DNA of 64,000 bases from Octopus vulgaris (taxonomy: Eukaryota). The DNA is taken from contig OX597817.1 in NCBI GenBank assembly GCA_951406725.2, positions 139,066,001 through 139,130,000 of the forward strand. The letters are read 5' to 3'. Position 1 is the stretch's first letter; every line of letters starts with the position of its first letter. This document shows positions 38,021 to 51,526 of the stretch, piece after piece. Below the pieces are notes generated by a model. It worked only from the letters and a program-made list of their open reading frames with translations, ran no database searches and was not told the origin of the DNA. The position numbers were made by a program, and so were the translations under genes.

Positions 38021-39293
38021 TTGGATCATCTCAGAAATAATGCAATTTTTTCAATTGTATGAATTAAAAGTCAGAGGGGGACAGGATAAACTACCTGCAT
38101 CAACTTGCTATAAAAGCAGGTTGTAATTTTACCTTGTGTGCTTATTCTTAGTTCAAGTTTTGAAGAGTGCAGTTTGATTTTAACAGTTATTTTTCCAAAG
38201 CTTTAATGGAAGTGACAAAGGAACATATTCAGCATATTTTGCTTTATGAGTTCAATGAAAGCAACAACGCAATGGAAACTGTGAGGAATATTAATGCAGT
38301 ATATGGGGATTGGACAATAAGCGTCAGCCAGTGTCAATAGTGGTTCCAGAAATTCTGAGCCGGAAACTACAGCCTAGAAGACAAGCCTTGACCTGAAAGA
38401 TTTGTAGAGCTTGACAAGGACATCCTGCAAACCCTGGTGGAACAAAATCCCACCATAACTCTTGAGGAACTAACAGAGACGCTTGGACTTGGTCATTCAG
38501 CCATTCATCAACACCTGCATGCCATCAGGAAATTGAGTCAATGGGCTCCTCACTAACTTTCCAAGTCTAATCACATGCAGAGAGTGAATGTGTGCTCTTC
38601 TTTGCTGTCAAGTCTGAAGAATGAACCTTTTTTGGACCAAATAGTGACTGGTGATGAAAAATGGATCATCTTCAAAAATGGCAAGCGTAGAAGTCAGTGG
38701 GTAGGGAAAGGAGAAACACCGGCAACCCAGGCTAAAGAAGGTCTTCACCCTCATAAGGTGTTGTTATCTGTTTGGGGGGGATATGAAAGGTTTAGTCCAC
38801 TTTGAACTTTTAAACTCAAACTAAACAATAACAAAGGAGATCTACTGTGAGCAGCTTAAGTCAGTACTAGAAGAAAAACAACCATCTTTGGTTTCAAGAC
38901 GAAAGGTGTTCTTCCATCAGGATAATACTTGGCCACATACAGTGAGGATGACATTCCAAAGGCTGCAGCAGTTTGAATGGGAAACGATACTCCACCCACC
39001 ATATTCGCCAGACATTGCCCCCATCTGATTATCATTTATTCCACAGTCTTCAAAATTATTTGGATGGAAAAAATATAAATTCTGTAGACGAGGTCAGAAC
39101 AGTACTGGAAGAGTATTTTCTGTCACAGACAAGTGAATTTTGGAAGAGGGACCTTGCAAGTCAACCAGATATATGGAAGAGCAATGTAGAAAATGAAGGA
39201 GGGTTTATTTTAGATTAAAAAAGAACTTTGTTTATCTTTATTTTGAAAAATAAAAGAAGTATAAAAAACTGCATTATTTATGGGATGACCCAA
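38021..39293 (+). mobile_element. Full-length mariner (DD34D) transposon, inactive
   Basis: TA TSD at both ends; about 31-bp TIRs TTGG(A/G)TCATC(T/C)CA(G/T)AAATAATGCA; 1273 bp. Confidence 0.95.
38206..39218 (+). pseudogene. Mariner transposase pseudogene
   Basis: MEVTKEHIQHILLYEF...WAPH...IVTGDEKWI...HQDN...HPPYSPDIAPSDYHLF; 34 residues between 2nd and 3rd Asp after correcting one frameshift; multiple stops and frameshifts. Confidence 0.93.
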
Positions 39294-39782
39294 TACATAT
39301 GTATGGTTGTATGACCACCTACTTTTATGACATACCCCAAAATATCACTGTTTTTCTTTTACAAGGCCCCTCTCTATTCCATGTTAATCCAGCACATGCA
39401 AATTGGTCCCTTATTTTTTCTTTTTCTAAATCTTAACATTCTTCCGTAAAAACCAAGCTTAGAGACCGTCTCTTGTTTCTTCCTCAGCTGTTTTTAGAAT
39501 CCATCATTGCTGTTAGAAATATGAAAAGTGTTCACCAATTTCACACTTGGTCTTTTTTATGTATTGATGGAATTTCCTAAATATATTTTAAAGACAGAAC
39601 CATAGATTTTGGTATTTCGTTTTTTTTTTTTTTTTTTTGTTTTTTTTTTTTGTTATCTTCTTTCTCTCTTCCTTCCTCTCTTTGCATTGATTTGTAAGAA
39701 TTCTTTTATTCCATCAAAACTCTTCATCCATTACTGACAATTTATCAATTATTATTTAATTGTTTTGACTGTATCTCATTAA

Positions 39783-40000
39783 CCCTTTCGTTACTGTATT
39801 TATTTTGAGATGCTCTGTGTTTCTTTCAATTACTTTAAATATAACAAAGAATTTAGTAAAATTACTTGGTTATCATTAAGCTAGTGTTAGGAACATAAAT
39901 TGTGACTAAGGTTTGGTGGAAGATTTTAATTCAAACCTTATGAAAAGTACATTAGTACTCAAAGCCAGAGCCAGTTTCAGCCAGGTTGGTAACGAAAGGG
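39783..40000. mobile_element. TTAA MITE (piggyBac-like), 218 bp
   Basis: Perfect 12-bp TIR CCCTTTCGTTAC, TTAA on both sides. Confidence 0.88.
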
Positions 40001-40049
40001 TTAAGATAATTATCATAATTGTTTCATAATTCTTATACATATGCAGACA

Positions 40050-40365
40050 TTGTGAAAGTGATTTCACAATTGGTGGGCGTGGAATCAGTCGGCTGATATT
40101 TGCTGATGACATGGTGCTACTTCACTCATCAGAAGGAGATCTCCAGGATGCAGCCGAATCAGTTTGCTATCAAATGCTACAAAATGGACAAGAATGAATG
40201 TTGCAAAGACTGAGACATTGGTCCTCTCAAGAAACTAATCTCAGGGCACTCTGCATGTTAGTGGAACAACTTTGAGACAAGTGGAGAAGTTGGAGTATCT
40301 TGGGGCTGTATTCATGAGTGGTAAGAAGCAGAAGGCTGAATTGGATGCCAGGATTGCAGGTGCTG
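40050..40365 (+). mobile_element. Old LINE (RTE-like) RT fragment
   Basis: ISRLIFADDMVLL...VAKTETLV...LRQVEKLEYLG with frameshifts. Confidence 0.65.
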
Positions 40366-40981
40366 GCATGTGGTAATGTGCTGGTTCCAGTGTTCAATCC
40401 CCAGTAAAATCTTGAAGCTAGAATACAATGTCTATAGATAAGCATTAAATTAAGCAATCTGAATGCTAAAGGGTTAAAATGCAACCTCGATAGATACTTT
40501 GTGCCCCAAACATGTGAGCATTAGTAAGTGCCGAGAAGATGTAACTGTTGTAATTTGAGTCCACCTTGCCTACCCCTACTGAGATCACCACCAGAATCTA
40601 TACACATTACAAAGTGTACAGCCAAGTTCAGACTGTCACTCTGCACATCAATACCTTTAATATCTGCAGGTGAGAGGACATAGGACCTTTGCTAAAGGCA
40701 TGGTGTATCTGGGGCAAATACACCTATGGGTCACCACACAGACATCTGGCTGGCTGTCATATGTCTGCTGTATCACAGCTGGCCCGGGGCTATACAGCAA
40801 CAACACCACCCACACACCTGCATGCATTCAAATATGTGTGTCTTATGTCAATGGGTGCAAAAAAATGGGTAAGTCTGAATATAATCTGTTTTTGTTACAC
40901 CCCCACCCTTGATATTAAGAATTAAAATCATAAAAGATAATGGTGGTGGTGGTGGCAGTGCACTGAGATCACCGATATGTT

Positions 40982-40983
<2 letters not shown>

Positions 40984-41024
<41 letters not shown>

Positions 41025-41181
41025 TACATACACACACATACTTATATTTTTATATTTATATATATATATATATACATATACACACATACCTATATTTATA
41101 TATATACACATATTTATAGACATACATACATTTACATACATATATATATATATACTTATATTTATATACATACTTAAATAC

Positions 41182-41220
<39 letters not shown>

Positions 41221-41551
41221 GATACACACATATATACATATTTATTTATATATTAATAATAAAAGGGTAAAATTAATTAGTTAATTAATCAATTAATTAA
41301 TAATTTTACCAAGTAGGTTGGTACGTTAAAATAACCTTTTTAGGTAAAATTATACAAATATTCTATAATTATAAGCATAATTGTAATTAGGGGTCAGCTA
41401 ATTGCTTCACCACATACCGAATTTAGAAATAGGAGTTAAAAATTCCTTTTCTACTACCATAAGAATCTCCCATACAGTAACACACTTTTTTACATTTATT
41501 TATACATATATATATACACACACAAACACATATATATATATACACACACAT

Positions 41552-41618
<67 letters not shown>

Positions 41619-41637
41619 TTTATTTATATATATAAAT

Positions 41638-41677
<40 letters not shown>

Positions 41678-41758
41678 TTTATTTATATATATAAAACAAT
41701 ATATATATATAAAACTATATATATATATATACACACATATATTTATTTATATATATAA

Positions 41759-41808
<50 letters not shown>

Positions 41809-41875
41809 ATATATATATAAAACTATATATATATATATATATAACTATATATATATATATATATATATATACACG
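40984..41875. repeat. Compound (TA)n/(CA)n low-complexity field with an AT-rich repeat fragment inside
   Basis: Direct reading; similar fields at 45520-45596, 47965-48460, 58195-58470, 62840-63240. Confidence 0.95.
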
Positions 41876-43214
41876 TAATCTCATGATGTATGTATAAAAA
41901 ATTATCAAAAGACAAAGTGCCAATGGCATTAGAGAAGACTTACATGAAAAATATGATTATGAGCCGAGAATAGAAATGAGGTTAACAAATCGTGTGTCAA
42001 TGAAGTGTATTTTCCTAGTTGTTTAGGTGGAAGTAGAATGGAGTTTATTGGATTAAAATAATGTTTTTGTGCAAAAGGCCATTGTATTTATTGGTTGTCT
42101 GCTGAGTGAATAGATAACGTCTGAAAGTAAGTTTTACAGTTCTTTATTGGAGTTGTTTCTGTTTATCTTTAGACTGTATCAGTTGCTCTGTTGCAAGGAT
42201 TCAGGTCTGGTGGATCCCTAGTCTGAGAATGAGTTCTTTCCTTCATCCTTGGAGTCTCTGAAAGAAGACCTCAACACTGCCATTTCTCTCAGTAATAATT
42301 GGAAGAAAGGAAAAACAAAGCCAAACATTCTGGGGAAAGGTATGAGTCAATGCAATCTATCCTCATCATCATTTAACTTCCGCTTTCCATGCTAGCATGG
42401 GTTGGATGATTTTGACTGAGGGCTAGTGAGCCAGACTCCAATCTGATCTGGCAAAGTTTCTACAGCTGGATGCCCTTCCTATCACCAACCACTCCGAGGG
42501 TGTAGTGGGTGCTTTTTACGTTCCACAGACACGAGGGCCAGTTTGGTGGTGCTGGCAACAGCCACACCCAAATGGTGCTTTTTATGTGCCACCTGCACAG
42601 GAGCCAGTCCAGCAGCACTGGCGATGACCTTACTTGAATGTTTCACATGCCACCAGCACAAGTGCTAGTAAGGCGATGCGGTAACAATCACGCTCGAATG
42701 GTATCGTATGCTGATATGTATTTTGTCAGTTCCAAAAGGTTAACCAAGCTGATCTCAGCCTGATTGGGAACTCGGAATATAAAGGAATGGCAGTAAGAAA
42801 TACTAGGGAGAACTGAACAACAGGTCCTGAGAGAAGAAAGCCCCACCACTACCACCATCTTCCCTGCCTCATCTCATACCAGTGTTTTGGTCCTTAACTC
42901 CTTACACTCTCAAAGGGTTTGGCTACATCTAGGGCATGACTCTGGATCCTACTCTGCTGTCACATTCTGTGCTACTGTTTGCTTGCAACCTGTATTTTCC
43001 CAGGTGGTCAAGGTACCCCAGAGCTAATGGCACCTTGGCTATCCTAACCAGTTCAGTCTAAGAAACCAATTAACCATTGTGTAAATTATGCCTATCGAAA
43101 TTCACTTCCATCCTTCTTTGATCCAAATGGAATTCTTCTCATCTGTTCCTGATAATGCCTTAACAGTGCTGCTGCTTCCCCTCCCCCTTCCCCCAGAAAT
43201 TCAGTCATTACACA

Positions 43215-44220
43215 AAATTGTTGGCAGATTTACCTGCAAATCCCATCACTACTATCTCTATGGCAAGGAGTTTGGCTTGGAAGCTTGATTCTCCTAGTTT
43301 GATGGCTAAATTGCTTTATTATTCATTCTTGTAGAATTGGGTCTTCTCCATTCTGCTTTCATATGGCACAGTGAGCTCAATCAGAGTCGTTTGTTTTGAT
43401 GAAAATAAGGTGGGCACAGTATTTGGTCTTGTACCAGTCTTATTGATGATGTCTGGGTGATTTTCAATTTCTGCTGTGATTCTCCAGTTATCCATTCCAT
43501 TCAGTAGAACCAGTGTCTATGACAAAATTAGTAAAGCTCTTCCAACCCACAATCTTTTGCCCCTCCCATATAGAATATTGATGGAGTTTCTAGTGGTTTC
43601 GTCTTCTCTCTCACAATACAAATCGCATATAAGATCTCTTTAAGTACTTGATTGTGCCTCCATGAGTACTTCCTTTGGGTTAGCATCAGCTCATGGCATA
43701 TTCTGTTGTTTGTTTGCCTTGACTGAGGGGACATGCAGGGTTATCTAATTTCTCCCACTTCAGTTTGTATTCAAAGGCAGAAGGTCATACAAAAATCTGA
43801 GGATCTGTGTAAAACCTCCCAATAGGAGCCATATTTCATTTCAGCTGAGATTTCTTTGAAGTGCACTCTTCTAGGCCATCCACTAGTTCTACTGGATTAT
43901 CTTCAAGATTATTTTGGTTTCCTCTTCCCTGTTCACTTGTATTACCAGGTCCCTCTTTCATTTCCCTTTTCCATTGAGCCTAGTCACTGCCTATTGGCCT
44001 GAGTGTATCCTCTTATTTCCCTGACCTCAAGACTTTCTCTGACACCTGCTGCCTCCTAAATCTTCCGTTTTCTGCCAGTTCTCAGGCACAGTTGGATTGG
44101 TCTTGTGTCCTTATCTCTGCAATCCTCAAACATACACAAGAACTGTTCTTTCCCAAACTTGTACTCTTCCACAATAGACTCAGGGTAGCTTCAGTTTTGC
44201 TGGGTGACAGTGAAGAGCAA
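43215..44220 (-). mobile_element. Decayed RLE-type LINE (HERO/R2-group-like) C-terminal fragment
   Basis: Minus strand KYSWRHNQVLKEI and TRPNTV...LIELTVPYESRME...AIEIVVMGFAG. Confidence 0.72.
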
Positions 44221-44924
44221 CATCCAAACAAAACACATTTCTCTCTTCTTCAAATAATATTTCGCACCCCAATTATGAATAATGTCAGGGTGACCCCACC
44301 CTTCATAACAATTCCCTGACTTTTTATCAAATAAACAAACATACATAAATTGGTTTTATTTGCTCTGAAAATAACTTGTTTTCAAAAACTTACAAAAGAA
44401 AGAATTTTTCTTTTTCTTTTAGATAAATTCCCACATTTCCTTCCGTCCAGCCTTTTTAACAGACACACACACATATATATATATGCTACAACAGAGACCA
44501 AACCATTGAAACACAGAAATCCACAAAGACGCAATGAAAGAATACACATCTTACAAATCAAATAAAAAAGAATTCTGCATTATTTATTTTGAATAAATAA
44601 CACACATATATACAAGTGTCAACAAACCTACGTGCTTATACGTTCCAATAGACTTTGAGACATACATACATCAAATTGTTTGAATATATGGGTGTGTGTA
44701 TGCCTGTTGGAAATTAATCATCTCTGAAAAGGGGGCATTGCAACAAACAAATATACACACATCAAACCATCAAGACAAACACACAAACAGAAGCCACAAA
44801 CATCAAAGCTAATGCCTTACCAGCAAAACAGGAGGACTGCCTTGGTTTATGTTTTTAACAATCAAAATGTGATGGTGGTAATACGGTTTATCTGACATTA
44901 GCTGAAGAATAATGCTATCCAGTA

Positions 44925-44960
<36 letters not shown>

Positions 44961-45551
44961 TATATAGCCGATGCCAGTGTTGCATGTCCGGCCTATTTAA
45001 AAGTACCCTTGATGTGTCGGGCGATATGATATGCTTGAGAAGACGTGTTGAGTCAAGTAAAACCAAAATTGTAGCTGTGGCCAGTGCTTCCTGACTGGCT
45101 CGTGTGCCGGTGGCACATAAAATGCACCAACCAAACATGGTTAATGCCAGTGCCTCTTGACTGGCTCCCACGCCAGTGGCACATAAAAAGCACCATCCGA
45201 ATGTAGTTGATGCCAGTGCCCTCTGACTGGCTCCTGAGCTGGTGGCACATAAAATGCACTATCTGAACATGATCAATGCCAGGGCTGTCTCCTGTGCCGG
45301 TGGCACATAAAAAGCACCCACTACAGTCACAGAGTGGTTGGCATTAGGAAGGGCATCTAGCTGTAGAAATATTACCAGATCAGATCGGAACCTGGTGCAG
45401 CTGCTGGCTTTCCAACTTCAGTCAAACTGCCCAACCCATGGCAGCATGGAAAGCTGAGGTTAAACGATGATGATATATAATCTCAGCCAACACTGTTTAT
45501 TTACGTGTTTATGCACATATACATATGTATGTATATATAGTTACATATTTA

Positions 45552-45596
<45 letters not shown>

Positions 45597-45600
<4 letters not shown>

Positions 45601-47456
45601 TTAGATGAGATGCAGTTTGGGTTTATGCCAGGGAAAAGCACCACTGATGCTATATTTCTGGTAAGACAGCTGCAGGAGAAATACCTGGCCAAAGATAAGC
45701 CCCTGTACCTGGCTTTCATTGACATGGAGAAAGCCTTTGACAGGATACCCCAATCCCTTATCTGGTGGTCAATGAGGAAACTAGGGATAAATGAATGTTT
45801 AGTGAGAGCTGTGCAAGCCATATACAAGGACACTGTCAGTAAGGTGAGAGTTGGCAACAAGTACAGTGAAGAATTTCGGGTGGAGGTAGGGGTCCACCAA
45901 GGTTCAGTCCTTAGCCCCCTCCTATTTATCATAGTCCTCCAGGCAATAACAGAGGAATTCAAGACAGGATGCCCCTGGGAGCTCCCCTATGCTAACGACC
46001 TTGCTCTAATTGCTGAGTCACTATCAGAACTAGAGGAAAAGTTTCAGGTGTGGAAACAAGGATTAGAATCAAAGGGCCTTAGAGTCAACCTAGCTAAAAC
46101 CAAAGTCCTAATAAGTAGGAAGGCAGTCAAACCACAAATCCCTTCAGGTAGATGGCCCTGCTCAATCTGTAATAGAGGCATAGGTAGAAACTCTATAAGA
46201 TGTACCCAGTGTAAGCTATGGACACATAAAAGGTTCAGCAATATCAAAGGAAGGCTAACTGGGAAGATAGTTTTTGTATGTGGCAAATGCTCAGGCGCAA
46301 TAAACACTGAAAAGTTTTTGTATGTGGCAAATGCTCAGGCGCAATAAACACTGAAAATGTGCAGAGAACAACTTCTGCCACATTCCAGGGAGAAAAACTA
46401 GAAGTAGTTGATAGCTTCCATTACCTAGGTGACCAAGTCAGTAGCGGGGAGGGTGCACTGAAAGTGTAGCTGCTAGAATAAGAATAGCCTGGGCAAAGTT
46501 CAGAGAGCTCTTACCTCTGCTGGTGACAAAGGGCCTCTCGCTCAGAGAACAAGGTAGACTGTATGACACATGTGTACGAACAGCCATGCTACATGGCAGT
46601 GAAATGTGCTCTGTGACTGCTGAGGACATGCGTAAGCTTGCAAGGAATAAAGCCAGTATGATCCGATTGATGTGTAATGTCAGCGTGCATGTATGACAGA
46701 GTGTAAGTACCTTGCGAGAAAAGTTGGACCTAAGAAGTATCAGATGTGGTGTGCAAGAGAGACGACTGTGCTGGTATGGTCATGTGGCAAGAATGGATGA
46801 GGATAGCTGTGTGAAAAAGTGCCACACCCTAGTGGTTGAGGGAACCTGTGGAAGAGGTAGACCCAGGAAGACCTGGGATGAAGTGGTGAAGCACGACCTT
46901 CGAACATTAGGCCTCACCGAGGCAATGACCAGTGACCAAGACTTTTGGAAATATGCTGTGCTTTAGAAGACTCGGCAAGCCAAGTGAGACCATAACTTTG
47001 TGGCCTATGCCAGGGGTGTAACCAGCCCACCTACGCGTACCTTCCCTTCATTGGACACTGCTTGCGAAGACCTGTTGAGGCAAGTGAAATCGAAATCAAA
47101 TTTGATGACTGGCATCCGTGTGCTAGTGGAGCAGTAAGAGCACCATTCGAGCATGATCATTGCCAGAGCGGCTAACTGGCATTTGTGCTGGTGGCACGTA
47201 AAAAGCACTATTTGAGCGTGATTGTTACCAACGTCACCTTACTGGCACTTGTGCCACCTGACTGGCCCTCGTGCCGGTGGCACATAAAAGCACCCACTAC
47301 ACTCTCAGAGTGGTTGGCATTAGGAAGGGCATCCAGCTGTAGAAACTGTGCCAAATCAAGATTGGAGCCTGATGCAGCCATCTGGTTCGCCAGTCCTCAG
47401 TCAAATCGTCCAACCCATGCTAGCATGGAATGCAGATATTAAACGATGATGATGAT
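45597..47456 (+). mobile_element. 5'-truncated RTE LINE inserted in (TA)n, with 3' UTR and (GAT)n tail
   Basis: QFGFMPGKSTTDAIF, FIDMEKAFDR, GVHQGSVLSPLLF, YAND (mutated YADD), [26 protein letters not shown]; frameshifted by a 44-bp duplication. Confidence 0.95.
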
Positions 47457-48390
47457 ATATATATGCACACACACACACATGTATAGTTGAAATTTATAGA
47501 AAAAGAAAAGACAAAGACAGGTGTAGAAACAACAAGCAAGTGTGTTAGTTTGAAGTTCAAGAAAAATGGAAAAGTGAACAGAAAGGAATAAGAGAAACTA
47601 AACAGAGAGAATGAAAAAAGCTTGAAGATCTCAGTGGTCCAGCTCTCAACCAAAACTGTCTGACAAATGGAAACATGAAACTCTGTGTAACAGTTTTTGT
47701 GATGCCTCTGCAGCTTTATTAATAAAGTGTGTAATAAATATATATATATATATATAATTGTGTCTGGGAAGGGTCATTCTCTTTTAGTGCCTTATTACTT
47801 AACACACCCACTGGTTCAGTTTCCACTCATTTACTTATTTTCCCAAAATTTTCATTGTGTCTTGCAACCTCTTCAATAGTCGTTGACTCTGTCCATTATC
47901 AGAGCTGCATTCTTTTTGTTTGTATGCGTCAGTGTGCATGTGTATATACATGTGTATGAATGTATATATATATATATATATATATACGTATGTATGTGTG
48001 TGTGTGCATTGCACTCTTTTGCCGAACTGCTAAGTTACAGGGACGTAAACACACCAACATCAGTTGTCAAGCAATGGTAGTGGGCAAACTCAGACAGAGA
48101 CACACATACATAAATACACATATAAATATAGATATATGTAAATTTCAACTATATATATATGTGTGTGTATATATATATATATATATATACATACATACAT
48201 ACATACATACATACATACATACATGCACACAATGGGCTTCTTTCAGTTTCCGTCTACCAAATCCACTCACAAATTTTTGGTCAGCCCAAGGCTAGGGTAG
48301 AAGGCACTTACCCAAGGTGTCACGTAGTGTGACTGAACCCAGAACCATCTGATTGGGAAGCAAGCTTCTTAGCACACAGCCACTCCTGCG

Positions 48391-48442
<52 letters not shown>

Positions 48443-48871
48443 TATATATATATATATATATTCTTTAATTTTTATCCTGTTTCAGTCATTTGATTGTGGC
48501 CATGCTGGAGCACTGCCTTTAGAAGGTTTTACCCGAACAAATTTACTCCAAGACTTATTTCTAAGCCCAGTACTTATTCTATTAGTTTGTTTTGCCAAAT
48601 CACTGAGTTATGGGTTCATAAATACACCAACACCGGTTATCAAACAGTGATGGACACAGACACACATACACATATGGCAGGCTTCTCTCAGCTTACATCT
48701 ACCAAATCTGCTCACAAGGCTTTGGTCAGCTCAAGGCTGTAGTAGAATACACTTGCCGAAGATATCATGCAGTTGGACCAAACTTGGAAGCATGTGGTTG
48801 GGAAGCAAGTATCTTAGTACACAGCCATGCCTATATATATATATACACACACACATATATGTGACTGTGTG

Positions 48872-49204
48872 TGTATCGTTGGCGATTTTTTCATCCATCT
48901 TTCCTTCTCCTATGTATCTGATGAAGAGCTCCGCTCGAAACGTTAAATCCACCTTCTTTCTTTCCTTTGCTGAACGTCCAATAACACTATACTTGTTCTA
49001 CATCCTCGCGTTGTTGTGTTTTCATGTTTGGATTAACTAGCCGCTACACACATTTTTTCTCTCCTTGTTTTTTCTGTGTCCCTTTCTGCAGAAGAGCATA
49101 GGCTCAAAACATATAATACTTTTTCTATTCCTGAGCGTTATACTAATACATCTGTTTGTTTTGTACACCACCTGTCTTCATCTTTTATTTTTTTCGTAAA
49201 CTCT

Positions 49205-49207
<3 letters not shown>
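48872..49207 (+). mobile_element. Two adjacent PLE pseudo-LTR fragments with hammerhead-type motifs
   Basis: CTGATGA-A-GAGCTCCGCTC-GAAACGTTA at 48918-48945; decayed CTGCAGAAGAGCATAGGCTCAAAAC at about 49086. Confidence 0.65.
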
Positions 49208-49252
<45 letters not shown>

Positions 49253-50042
49253 AGTGTGCATGCATGTATGTGTATATGCATATTTCATCATTGTTACCAT
49301 TTTGACGTCCACTTTCCCATGCTTGCATCATGGGTCAAGTGGAATTTATTGAGGCAGATTTCCTATGGTTAGACATTGCCCTGCTTTTCTCCAAGTGATG
49401 TAATATTGAAAATAAATGACTCTGCTTGTATGACAGGGATAATCATTTTACGCACACACACAGATAAGGGCGGGGTGGGGTCAAGATATTTTTACCGTGA
49501 GAACCTTTTATCTGTTGTTAGGTGTTGATCTCTTAGACCGAGCAATGTTCATATGAGTCAGTTTCTTGATTTCTGTCCTCAAGGACATTAGTACGATAAC
49601 GTTGACAACTCAATAATGTGTCTATCTCTGTGTGGGTGTATATAATGTAGAACTGTGACAATATCAACACGAAACTGTTTGTTTGTTTATTCTGTAGTTT
49701 TTAAAGATATTCTGAGAAAGAAACTGTTGTGGTGGCCCTTGGCTCTTTGAGTAGACACCCATCACGTACACAGACACACACAGACATGCACGCACACACA
49801 CACACACACACACAGTATGTAATGTACTTGGAGACTTATATCTACCAACAGACCCACACTCCAACAGATACATTAATATTCCTCTGTCCCAGAGATCAAC
49901 TCCCTGCAACAAACATTATTATTGGTCCTTGCAGTGGGGGTGGGGTGGGGGAACGAGTAATGAACCTTAACTTTTCTGTGTCACTTGATATCTCTTGTAA
50001 ATTCTCTGATGCAGCTAAGGGACAATCATACCAATATAGAAA

Positions 50043-50080
<38 letters not shown>

Positions 50081-50449
50081 TGATGATTTCAAATTTTGGA
50101 GCAAGTTCGGGAAGGGTAAGTCGACTAACCCCCCCCACACACACACACACACACACCCATTCCTCCCGTGTATGACTGGTACTTATATTATCAAATCTGA
50201 AAGGATGAAAGGCAAAGTCAACCTCCGTGGAATTTGAAAATAACAATAACAGTAATTGTGTCACAAAGCCAGCCATTTTAGCAGGGGAGGAGGAGATTTA
50301 GGTGACCCCAGTACCTGACTAGTACTTTATTGCCCTCAAAAAAACAATCTCAGTGGGATTTGAACTCAGAGTGTAAAAAGAAGAACACCAAAGAGAATTT
50401 TTCCAATGCTTTGTCTGCCATTCTACCCATCCTATAGCAATGATAATGA

Positions 50450-51000
50450 TGTTTGCTTTATTGACCCCTAAGGATTAGCAAAATGTTTGGGAACAGAACA
50501 GGGTGATACCGTGTTAGGTTACTAAAGATTGACTAAAAAGGAAAATAACAAAGAAACAAAAAAATTCAAACAAGGAATAATTTCTGAAAAGAGGGAAAAC
50601 TTTTAAGGGCTGCTCCTGAAAACCCCATAAGATCCTGTCCACTCTGACCTCTATGGCAAGTGCCCTCTCCCAATTGTTTTCTTCCATTCAGAGACATACT
50701 CAGAGCAGACCTTTTCACTCAAACCATGCTTGCCACCCTTATTCAACTTCCAACAATTTTAGTGGGAGGCAGCACATCTATTTCTGCCCTCACTTTCCTT
50801 CTCAAGTGAAACTTGAAAAACACGATAAGGGCCAAAGAGGAACATGTCTTTCTTCAGCCTTTTTCAATCTGGCTTACTACACAACCTTTTTTACTAAAGC
50901 CATCAGACAGATGGACATTGTTTATCATAAAGGAAGGTCATTGCCATTGTGGACTCACATGATAGCTGCTACCTGCCTCTCATTACAAGTGCCAAAGTGT
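50450..51000 (-). mobile_element. Possible old L1/Tx1-type LINE 3' end
   Basis: Decayed coding-like stretch (KRKVRAEIDVL...RVASMV) followed by a pyrimidine-rich UTR ending GGGGTCAATAAAGCAAAC. Confidence 0.35.
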
Positions 51001-51118
51001 TCTTAAGTCCCGTAACACATCAACAAAAGTGAGTTTACTTTTCTTTTTTTTTTTTGTTCATGTCTTGTGAAATATTTTTGCCATCCTATACAATGTAAAC
51101 CTATGGTTTTATAAGCTG

Positions 51119-51526
51119 CAAATAAGATGACAATTTATTTTCGGATGCAGAAATGCCATTAGAACAGCAGAAATATTGGGTAAATTACACTTACAACGCA
51201 GAAAAATTTGTCAACTACCAGCCATGGGACTCAAACCCACATCCCTTAAAGACCCCAACTAAGTGCTTGACCATTAAGCTAAACTGCCCACTGACAAATT
51301 AATCCACAATTTTAGACACTATAAAGCTAAATGTATGACTAAACATCATTATCATCATCATCATTTAACGTCTGCTTTCCAAGCTGGCATGGGTTGGGTG
51401 GTTTGACTGAGGACTGGTGAGCAGACGACTGCACCAGGCTCCAATCTGATCTGGCAACGTTTCTACAGCTGGATGCCCTTCCTAATGCCAACCACTGCAT
51501 TCGAAAATAAATTATCATCTTATTTT
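51119..51526 (-). mobile_element. tRNA-like head-containing element with a 32-bp inverted terminal segment, interrupted by an RTE tail
   Basis: 51119-51150 is the inverted repeat of 51495-51526; decayed A/B boxes on the minus strand at 51218-51289. Confidence 0.5.

Noticed and set aside
40848-41929. YI/HT/CV-rich ORFs
   Set aside because: They are dinucleotide microsatellite translations.
44821-44902. Possible minus-strand exon (AG...GTAAG) beside UTR-like sequence at 44300-44800
   Set aside because: No recognisable protein similarity and no partner exons found; needs RNA-seq.
45610-46347. 245-aa ORF as an active reverse transcriptase or host gene
   Set aside because: It is a 5'-truncated RTE copy with YAND at the catalytic motif and a downstream frameshift.
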